Shown: positions 56,510 to 64,000 of the stretch, in pieces | Layout: every line of letters begins with the position of its first letter | How positions within the stretch are numbered: the stretch's first letter is position 1 | Virus record (IMG/VR): IMGVR_UViG_3300046684_000188 | Location: 4,251 to 68,250 of that record | Source: a virus | Length of the DNA stretch: 64,000 nucleotides | Direction: 5' to 3' (one strand) | Made by a program: the position numbers and the translations under genes | Notes under the pieces: model-generated | The model's database searches: none | What the model was told of the DNA's origin: nothing | What the model saw: only the letters and a program-made list of their open reading frames with translations

Positions 56510-59500
56510 ATGGCGACGTCTCCCGTTACGCTTTCTGCAGGGGAGTTCGAGGAGGAAAATGCCTCCTCGTCTCCCGTTGCGCTCAAACAGGGTGAGTTCG
56601 ACTTTGAAGACTCCACCCCAGCGAAAGCGGCAGAGCCCGACTATGCGCACCCGGCAGGCGGCACCGCTCCCCAGCTCCCCGCGCATCCCGCGCTCGATAT
56701 GGAGGCTCCGGGCTCCCCGTTCGGCGTCAGCATCCCCAAGGAGGCGAAACAGCAGGTAGAGGCAGGCTTACGCGGCTCCTACGAGCGCAACCCGGGCCCG
56801 GTCGTATCGGTAGGCAAGCGCGCAGTAGAGGCGGCTACGCAGTTCGGCGGCGGCATACAGAAGACTTTCACCCCGACCGACGCGGAAGTCCGGGAGCGCA
56901 ACTTCCCCTCCGTACCCATGACCGACGCGGAGAAGCAGGTTGCAAACCGGCAAGCGTCCAAGGGGCTGGCCGAGTTCGTCGCAGGAGGCTCGACCGGAGT
57001 AATCGCTGCATCGGCTCCGGAGCTGATGGAGCTGGGAAGCTTGGCAGCATCGGGCAACATCGCGGCACGTTCGGCCATTATCAAGATGCTGACCTTGGCG
57101 GAGGCTGGAAACGTCGGCTCGGCGGGCGCTGGGTACGCGGCAGACAAGATGCAGTTGTCTCCCGAAACGAAGGAACTGCTTCAGACTGCGGCTTTCTTCC
57201 TCCCTAACCTCGCAGGCGTAGCCCTCGGCAAAGCTGGATTCAAGGGCGATATCGGTGTAGATCCTCAAGGCAATCCGGCTATCGGTGTTGCGGCGCCAGG
57301 CGGAGGACCATCGGCGGGCGTGCGTGGAACCCCGCAGGCTTACGAGGCAGGCGTCAGGTCCGGAGACAGCTTCTTTGGAATCCGCATCCCGCGGAGCCAG
57401 CGTCCCGGAGCCCCGGAGATGCCGAACGAGCCCGCGATGCTCCCGGGCGCGGCACAAGTCAGCCAGGCGCAGACCCAGAGCGCGGCAGTGGCAACGATCG
57501 CGCAGGCCGACGCGCTTACCAAGCAGGCGAAGGATATTGTCACCGGCAACGGCAACGGACAACCCAAGGCACCACCCGAGCCCGTTCCCCCGGGCATGGA
57601 GAAGGGCCAGGTAACGCCCAAGGTTGTAGACACCATGGCGCAGCTCATCTCCGCGGCGCCAGAGGAAATGCGCGGCTCCATGCTCATGGACGCGCACTCA
57701 CGTCTCGCCGACTGGATACAGAAGACAGGGCGCTTTGTCGGTCCTGACGGAAAGCTAGTATCGGCGGAGACTCCGGAGAAGGCTGCTGCGGCGGCGGAGA
57801 AGCTGATAAACGACGCGGTCTCCTCGCATACCAAGCAGCAGGAGACGCAAGCTAAGGAAGTAGAGAAGCAGCAGGCCGAGCAGGAGAAGGCGCTCAAGGA
57901 TCAGGCGAAGGAGGATCAGAAGGCCCAAAAAGAGGCAGAAAAGGCAGCTAACACCAAGAATGAAAACGGGTTGACCACTGATGAGCAAACCGCGGCCAGG
58001 GTGAAGACGCTTATCGAGGCGAATCCCGACCGTAAAGACCCGACCTCGATGATTCAGCGGGTTCTGAAAGTAGGGTTCGGACGGGCGCAAGAGCTTATCC
58101 AGCAGTACGAGCAGACCAAGAAGGTCACCCCGCAGGAGCCCACCCCGAGCGAGCTACAGGCAAAGCTCCAATCCCTCGCCAAGGGTGAGACGAAGCTGGT
58201 CCATATCGCGGGAGGCACGGAGGAGAAGCTTCAGCTCCCGGCAGGCATGAAGGAGATAAAGGTCTCCGGCGATACCTACATCTACGATCCGACGAAGCTG
58301 CGCGCGGCGACGATCAAAGACGCCATCAAGGCTGGAACCATCGGCGATATCACCGGCCAGGTGCAGCCCACCGAGGAGCTACAGCAGGCACCCGAGACGG
58401 TTACGGTGGAGGCAAAGAGCCCCGAGGGCGAAGTCATCCAGTCGGCAGAGGCTACCCCGGAGAGGGTGGAGGACCAGAAGGCAGAGCTTCAAGAGCGTCA
58501 CCCGGAAGCGAAGGTTGAGACCGACGACGACATAATCGACGACGATCCGAAGTACCGGCGCATCGAGAAGGCGCTCGATGAGTTCTACATGAGCAAGGAG
58601 TACCACCCGGACAGCGAGTTTTCGAAGTTCTATCCGGACGCTACGACCTACCTTCGCAGCAAGTTCACCCGGATACCGCTCGAGGATCTAACCCGCTACC
58701 ACCAGATTTACGAGCGCGACAACCCACCGAAGACGCCGGCGGCGGGCGAGCAGGCACCGGTAGAGCTGGCGGAGGGCGAGTTTGAGCACGAGGCGGAGAC
58801 CCCGCAGACTGAGAGCGCAGTACCGGCCAAGGCGGAGCCCGAGCCAAAAGAGGTTGTAGAGCAGGAAAATCCGGAGAGAGAAGGAGGTCGCGGACAATCG
58901 CCAGAGCCAGTGGCCGGTCCAGTAGTACCGGCCACTGAAACACCCACAGGAACCACAGAAGAAGCAGTGGTAGAAGGTGAGAAGCCAGGAGCCGGGCGGA
59001 AGGTTGCTCCCGCACCGGTGCAACATCCTGTTACATACCTCAGCGGCAAGGACTCTCCTGCCATCCGAGAAGCGGCGAAGCGTCGCGGCGATATCGGCCT
59101 ACTGGTCACCCCGCTCAAGCCTGACTATCTCAAGTTCGCGGACGATTACCCCGTCATTGCCATAGATAACGGCGTCTTCAGTCAGACAACACCATTCAAT
59201 GAAGGCAAGTTCCGGAAGCTGGTAGAGCAGACGGCCAAGAATCCCGAGGTAGCAAAGAAGGTCCGTTTCGTAGTGGCTCCCGACGTGGTCGGCGATGCGT
59301 CCGGAACGCTCAAGCAGTTCGACCAGTGGGCGGATTTCATCCACGAGCAGGGTCTCCCGGTTGCGCTGGCGGCACAGAACGGGCTCGAGTTCATGCCGGA
59401 GCAAATCCCATGGGACAAGATCGACGTCCTGTTTATCGGAGGCTCAACCGAATGGAAGCTCGGCCAACATACCGAGAAGTTCAAGCCAGGTGGAAAGTTC

Positions 59501-62500
59501 GAGAAGAACCCCGGATACGTCGAGGGCTCCCAAACACCTTGGTACAACCTGTTCCGCGAGGCGGAGAAGCACGATGTTCCGGTCCACATGGGCAGGGTCA
59601 ACAGCGGCGAGCGTCTCAACATCGCGGAGTACGGGCTCGGCGCAACGACGGTCGACGGAACCTTCCTCGCGTTCGGACCCGACAAGAACCAGCCACAGCT
59701 CGAGGACTGGCTCAACAAGCAAAACAGCCGTACCGATCTGGATGACAGCAGGGTAAAGGGCGACGTTGAGATCAAGACGGATAAGGGCTCGAGGGTTCGA
59801 TTCACAGATCGCACCGGCACAGATCGCATTGGCACGGTAGCGCACAATAACGAGAAAATCACCCGCATCAAGTCCGAGGGCAAAGAGTACACGACTCCCA
59901 CGAAGAACCTTCGCCCGCTTCCAGAGGAGAAGTGGAAGCCCATGAAATTCGACGATGGGCGATGGGGCGTAACTGACGGGAAGGAAGAGTTGCTCGCGGG
60001 GCAGGACCAGGCAGGGGCGCAAGCCGTTGCCGACCAGTGGAACATCGCGGCGGAGCCGAAGAGAGAGTTGAACCCTGCTCGAGACAAGAAGCTCCCGGAT
60101 AGCTTCTATCACAGCATGGAGGCGATTACACGCGGGGCGAATACGAAGGAAAAGAAAACCAAGCCCACGGCGGAGTGGCACAAGAAAGGCCCGGCTCCGC
60201 TGGTCCAGAACCCCAACGGCGGGTGGAGCTTCAAGGGGCTTGTCCCGCAGGCGCTTTATGGTGGAGCTGGACAGCCAGGTGGCTGGAAGACGAGCGAGGA
60301 GGCGCTACAGTTCGCCAAAGACAAGGGATTCGACGTCTCCGGCGTACAGGTTGTGCCGAACGCTCCCGAGGCGAAGCAGGAGCCTCCGAAGCCGACCGAG
60401 CCCGTCACCTTCACCGTCAAGAGCCTACAGACTGGCAAGGAGAGCAGCCTTTCGTTACCCGGCAAGGAACCGGCGCGCGTTCCTCCCGTCGAAGACGCTA
60501 GAGAGCAGAAGGTTACTCCAACCCCTCCATTCCACATCGCCGAGGGCGGCGACGGCTTCATGGTGAAGGACGCGGCGGGCTACATCTGGTCGAATCACAC
60601 CCACCGGGAGAAGGCGGAGCAGTCGTTTGAGCGTCTCGAGATGCACTTCCCGGCCTCAAATAATGTTGAAAAACAGGAAGTAGAGGCGCAGAATAAACCC
60701 ATACACCTAACCTCCGATGCGCTCGGCGCGGCGGGCATGGAGGGGGTAGAGACCGGAGCGGGTGTGGCTCCGGAAGGTAAGGAGGCGGCGAATGTCGAGC
60801 GTAGCGGTAGATCCGGAGCTGGACGCCCGCCTTCCGATACTGGAAGCAGAGATATCGCGCCAGTGGGAGAAGCACCTTCCGACGAAGTACAAGCGCCTCG
60901 AGGAGAGCGGAACCCTGAAGAAGGAGATTCGCTCGAAGGCGCTCCAGTGCATCAAGCTCCTGAATCAGTACGAGGAGCGGGGACTCGCAGCGAACCGCGG
61001 GGAGGAAGCGATTCAGTCCTTGATAATTCCCCCGGACAGCCTCTAGTCAAAGAGGCAAACAAGAAACTCGCTGCACCCGTCCGTCAAAATACCAAATGGT
61101 ACACACACCCCGATAACTGGCAGGCCCCCTCGGGCACCATGGGGAAGATGGACGCCAACATCGAGGCGCTCAAGATCCTGCGCGAGGTAGAGAAGAACCC
61201 TCGGCCCGTCACCGAAGAGGAGAAGGCCAAGCTCGCAAACTTCGTCGGCTGGGGTGCTCTGCAGTGGGTGTTTGATCCTTACGGCGCTCCCTACGACCAG
61301 CGCACCCGATTCCAGCAGGCGTACAACACCGTCAAAGACCTCCTTAGCATGGAGGAGATACAGGCGGCGCGTAAGTCGACGCTCAACGCCCACTACACGA
61401 GCCCCGAGTTAGTCCGAACCATGTGGGACATTATGAAGCGGTTCGGATTCAAGGGCGGAAACGTCCTCGAGCCGTCCATGGGCTCCGGCAACTTCTTCGG
61501 CATGATGCCCAAGACGATGCGCAATAACGTCTCCGCCATGGGCAACGAGCTGGACCCGGTTACGGCCGGCATCGCAAAGCTGCTGTATCCGGATGCGGCA
61601 ATCTTCAATAAAGACTTTACCCAGCTCATCATCCCGGACAACAGCATCGACCTTGCTATCTCGAACGTCCCGTTTGGCGGCAAGATTTACGACCCGCAGT
61701 ATCGCAAGCTCAACGCCAACATCCACGACTATTTCTTCGTCAAGTCTCTCGACAAGGTAAAGCCGGGCGGAGTGGTCGCGTTCATCACGTCGACCGGCAC
61801 CATGGACAAGCCCAACGACCTCATCCGTGAGGCGCTGGCGTCGAAGGCTGACCTACTGGGAGCTATCCGGCTCCCTTCGGGCGCGTTCTCGAAGAACGCA
61901 GGCACCGAGGTTACAACCGACCTCATCATCCTGCAGAAGCGGGCGCCAGGGGAGACGGCCAAGGGTCCGGACTGGCAGAAGACGGTAAAGACACAGATTC
62001 CCGACGAAGCAGACGGCACCGGCCCGATGCACGATGTTCAGCTCAACGAATACTTCGTCAAGAATCCTCACATGATGCTGGGACGCCCGGCAGTGTCGCA
62101 GATGTACTCCCGCTCTGGGTTCGCGCTCTACCCGCACGCCGAGGGCAAGATCGAAGACTACCTCGAGAAGGCGATAGCCAAGCTCCCCCGCGGCGTGATG
62201 CTCGAGGAGAAGGGAGTCGGCTTCAACCAGGCGGAGACGGTTGCGCAGTTTGCCAAGCAAAACCAACTGGACGGGCAATACGTTCTAGACGAGAAAGGCA
62301 ACCTCCGGCAGGTACAGGGTGGAAAGCTGGTCCCTGCAGAGGCAGTGATGGGAACGGACGGCAAGCCGAGCTTGCACAAGGTAAAGCGCGTCAAGGCGCT
62401 CATCGGCGTTCGTGACCAACTCAACGACCTCCTCTCCTCGATGACGACCGAGCCCGACGACGATAGGGGCAACGAGAAGGTTGCGAAGCTTCGGGAGAAG

Positions 62501-64000
62501 CTGCTCAAGGAATACAACGGGTTCGTCAAAAACTTCGGCTATCTGTCGACCTCCGCCAACGGCATCCTCGCCGAAGATCCGCACTACCCCCGCCTACTGG
62601 CGCTCGAGCATTACAACAAGGCGACCAAGACGGGTACGCCCGCCGATATCCTCGTCAGGCGGACCATCTATCCGCGGACACCGCTTACCTCCCTGGCCGA
62701 CGATCCGAAGGACGCGCTCTATCAGGTACTCGCCGAGCGCGGCTATCCCGACGTCGAGCTAATGGCGAAACTCAAGGGGGAGAAGGCGAAGGATATCGCC
62801 AAGACCCTCACCGACGTAGGGCTCGTCTATCGCAACCCCATCTCTGGCGACTACGAGATGAGGGAGAAGTACCTCTCCGGCTACGTCCGCGACAAGCTCG
62901 ACGACGCCCGCAGAGCCGTCGCGCAGGGCATGAAGGAGTATGCGCCCAACGTCGACGCGCTCGAGAAGGTCCAGCCCATAGACGTGCCTATCGCGGAGAT
63001 TGAAGTAAAGCTGGGCGCGACGTGGATTCCCACCGACGCTATCCGAGACTTCACTAACGATGTGATGGGCCAGGACAGCCCGAAGATCACCTATCACCTG
63101 GGCGAGTGGAACGTCCAAGGCTTCATCCGAACGGCGGAGAGTACCTCCGAGTACGGCACGTCCTACTATGACGCCTCGGAACTACTGAAGCTCGGGCTCA
63201 ACCAGAAAGAGCCCACCGTCATATCGAAGACAAAAGAGGGGGAGTTTACCAACGTCCCTGAAACCCTGCTGGCACGGCAGAAGCTCGAGAATATCCGCAA
63301 GGCGTTCAACGGCTGGGCATCGCAGTCAGAGAAGTGGGCTAAACCCCTCGAGAAGGCGTACAACTACGCTTTCAACAACATCGTCCTTCCGGAGTACAAC
63401 GGCTCGCATCTCACCTTCCCCGGGAAGAATGCCTCCATCACGCTCGACCCTCACCAAGTAAACATCGTTTGGCGGAACCTGATGGAAGGGCGCTCTCTGA
63501 TTGCGCACGCGGTTGGAGCGGGCAAAACCTACTCCATTATCGCGACGATTATGGAAGGGCGCCGAACCGGGCTCCTGCGCAAGGTAGTTGTCAACGTCCC
63601 GAATCACCTTGTAGAGCAGTGGGCTAAATCGTTCGCCATGCTCTACCCGGGCTCGAACGTCCTCGTTCCGACTGAGAAAGACTTCAGCGCGAAGAACCGG
63701 CAGCGGCTCATGGCGCGCATCGCAACCTCCGACTACGACGCCGTTATCATGGCGCGCTCCCAGTTCGATCGCTTCGATATCTCCGCCGAGCGCCAGGCGA
63801 AGGTGATGGACCAGATGATCGAAGAGAAGCTGCGCACCATTCAGGCGATGAAGATGACCCGGGAGGATGGGCGCACCGTCAAGCGCGAGGAGAAGGCGCT
63901 CGAGGCGCTCCGGACGAAACTGAAAAAGCTGCAGGACTCCGCGAAGGACAAGGTCATCGCGTTCGACGATACCGGCGTGGATGCCGTCTTCACCGACGAA
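56510..64000 (+). CDS. Giant polyvalent internal virion protein, DarB-like (FtsK-gamma-like, TGT/DpdA-like, N6-MTase, SNF2 helicase); 3'-truncated
   Basis: Frame from ATG 56510 is open in every segment translated and reaches the window end. STLNAHYTS, VLEPSMGSGNF, SNVPFG (MTase); AHAVGAGKT and DAVFTDE (helicase Walker A/B). Confidence 0.88.
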   Translation, partial: MATSPVTLSAGEFEEENASSSPVALKQGEFDFEDSTPAKAAEPDYAHPAGGTAPQLPAHPALDMEAPGSPFGVSIPKEAKQQVEAGLRGSYERNPGPVVSVGKRAVEAATQFGGGIQKTFTPTDAEVRERNFPSVPMTDAEKQVANRQASKGLAEFVAGGSTGVIAASAPELMELGSLAASGNIAARSAIIKMLTLAEAGNVGSAGAGYAADKMQLSPETKELLQTAAFFLPNLAGVALGKAGFKGDIGVDPQGNPAIGVAAPGGGPSAGVRGTPQAYEAGVRSGDSFFGIRIPRSQRPGAPEMPNEPAMLPGAAQVSQAQTQSAAVATIAQADALTKQAKDIVTGNGNGQPKAPPEPVPPGMEKGQVTPKVVDTMAQLISAAPEEMRGSMLMDAHSRLADWIQKTGRFVGPDGKLVSAETPEKAAAAAEKLINDAVSSHTKQQETQAKEVEKQQAEQEKALKDQAKEDQKAQKEAEKAANTKNENGLTTDEQTAARVKTLIEANPDRKDPTSMIQRVLKVGFGRAQELIQQYEQTKKVTPQEPTPSELQAKLQSLAKGETKLVHIAGGTEEKLQLPAGMKEIKVSGDTYIYDPTKLRAATIKDAIKAGTIGDITGQVQPTEELQQAPETVTVEAKSPEGEVIQSAEATPERVEDQKAELQERHPEAKVETDDDIIDDDPKYRRIEKALDEFYMSKEYHPDSEFSKFYPDATTYLRSKFTRIPLEDLTRYHQIYERDNPPKTPAAGEQAPVELAEGEFEHEAETPQTESAVPAKAEPEPKEVVEQENPEREGGRGQSPEPVAGPVVPATETPTGTTEEAVVEGEKPGAGRKVAPAPVQHPVTYLSGKDSPAIREAAKRRGDIGLLVTPLKPDYLKFADDYPVIAIDNGVFSQTTPFNEGKFRKLVEQTAKNPEVAKKVRFVVAPDVVGDASGTLKQFDQWADFIHEQGLPVALAAQNGLEFMPEQIPWDKIDVLFIGGSTEWKLGQHTEKFKPGGKFEKNPGYVEGSQTPWYNLFREAEKHDVPVHMGRVNSGERLNIAEYGLGATTVDGTFLAFGPDKNQPQLEDWLNKQNSRTDLDDSRVKGDVEIKTDKGSRVRFTDRTGTDRIGTVAHNNEKITRIKSEGKEYTTPTKNLRPLPEEKWKPMKFDDGRWGVTDGKEELLAGQDQAGAQAVADQWNIAAEPKRELNPARDKKLPDSFYHSMEAITRGANTKEKKTKPTAEWHKKGPAPLVQNPNGGWSFKGLVPQALYGGAGQPGGWKTSEEALQFAKDKGFDVSGVQVVPNAPEAKQEPPKPTEPVTFTVKSLQTGKESSLSLPGKEPARVPPVEDAREQKVTPTPPFHIAEGGDGFMVKDAAGYIWSNHTHREKAEQSFERLEMHFPASNNVEKQEVEAQNKPIHLTSDALGAAGMEGVETGAGVAPEGKEAANVERSGRSGAGRPPSDTGSRDIAPVGEAPSDEVQAPRGERNPEEGDSLEGAPVHQAPESVRGAGTRSEPRGGSDSVLDNSPGQPLVKEANKKLAAPVRQNTKWYTHPDNWQAPSGTMGKMDANIEALKILREVEKNPRPVTEEEKAKLANFVGWGALQWVFDPYGAPYDQRTRFQQAYNTVKDLLSMEEIQAARKSTLNAHYTSPELVRTMWDIMKRFGFKGGNVLEPSMGSGNFFGMMPKTMRNNVSAMGNELDPVTAGIAKLLYPDAAIFNKDFTQLIIPDNSIDLAISNVPFGGKIYDPQYRKLNANIHDYFFVKSLDKVKPGGVVAFITSTGTMDKPNDLIREALASKADLLGAIRLPSGAFSKNAGTEVTTDLIILQKRAPGETAKGPDWQKTVKTQIPDEADGTGPMHDVQLNEYFVKNPHMMLGRPAVSQMYSRSGFALYPHAEGKIEDYLEKAIAKLPRGVMLEEKGVGFNQAETVAQFAKQNQLDGQYVLDEKGNLRQVQGGKLVPAEAVMGTDGKPSLHKVKRVKALIGVRDQLNDLLSSMTTEPDDDRGNEKVAKLREKLLKEYNGFVKNFGYLSTSANGILAEDPHYPRLLALEHYNKATKTGTPADILVRRTIYPRTPLTSLADDPKDALYQVLAERGYPDVELMAKLKGEKAKDIAKTLTDVGLVYRNPISGDYEMREKYLSGYVRDKLDDARRAVAQGMKEYAPNVDALEKVQPIDVPIAEIEVKLGATWIPTDAIRDFTNDVMGQDSPKITYHLGEWNVQGFIRTAESTSEYGTSYYDASELLKLGLNQKEPTVISKTKEGEFTNVPETLLARQKLENIRKAFNGWASQSEKWAKPLEKAYNYAFNNIVLPEYNGSHLTFPGKNASITLDPHQVNIVWRNLMEGRSLIAHAVGAGKTYSIIATIMEGRRTGLLRKVVVNVPNHLVEQWAKSFAMLYPGSNVLVPTEKDFSAKNRQRLMARIATSDYDAVIMARSQFDRFDISAERQAKVMDQMIEEKLRTIQAMKMTREDGRTVKREEKALEALRTKLKKLQDSAKDKVIAFDDTGVDAVFTDE
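60666..60694 (+). promoter_or_regulatory. Putative internal promoter for the nested gene
   Basis: TTGAAA-17 nt-CAGAAT in a locally AT-rich patch inside the giant ORF. Confidence 0.5.
60792..61046 (+). CDS. Nested out-of-frame gene (84 aa), weakly TnpV-like
   Basis: SD TAAGGAGG 6 nt before ATG. MSSVAVDPELDARLPILEAEISRQWEKHLPTKYKRLEESGTLKKEI... reads as a helical globular protein. Confidence 0.65.
   Translation: MSSVAVDPELDARLPILEAEISRQWEKHLPTKYKRLEESGTLKKEIRSKALQCIKLLNQYEERGLAANRGEEAIQSLIIPPDSL

Overview
The whole window reads as part of a tailed dsDNA phage genome, GC-rich by eye, with podovirus/P22-like morphogenesis gene order. No rRNA, tRNA, CRISPR, integrase or reverse transcriptase was recognised. 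Layout: (i) 3' end of the terminase large subunit (1-970, +). (ii) A long leftward arm (1041-17938, -) with DnaB, a complete GroES/GroEL pair, an HNH nuclease, a tandem array of small genes built from shared 19-36 bp DNA joints, a Rad50/SbcC-like ATPase, a Cas4/AddB-like nuclease, an ASCH protein, a probable annealase and many small Zn-binding ORFs. (iii) A divergent control region with a promoter-to-terminator structured ncRNA and an Acb2/Tad1-like anti-defence gene. (iv) Replication initiator and helicase loader. (v) About 15 kb of tail-fibre/adhesin-like proteins, nearly all with Sec signal peptides. (vi) A holin/lipoprotein block. (vii) Portal, scaffold, major capsid, adaptor, tail nozzle, GNAT and ejection-type proteins. 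(viii) A giant ORF (56510 to beyond the window end, absent from the ORF track) fusing an FtsK-gamma-like helix bundle, a TGT/DpdA-like transglycosylase domain, an N6-adenine methyltransferase and an SNF2 helicase (DarB-like), with an out-of-frame nested gene that has its own promoter and RBS. A repeated promoter motif AATG(C/G)TATTCTCTCC, in several cases coupled to RBS-sequestering hairpins, marks the rightward operons. All family assignments come from motif recognition by eye, not database searches.
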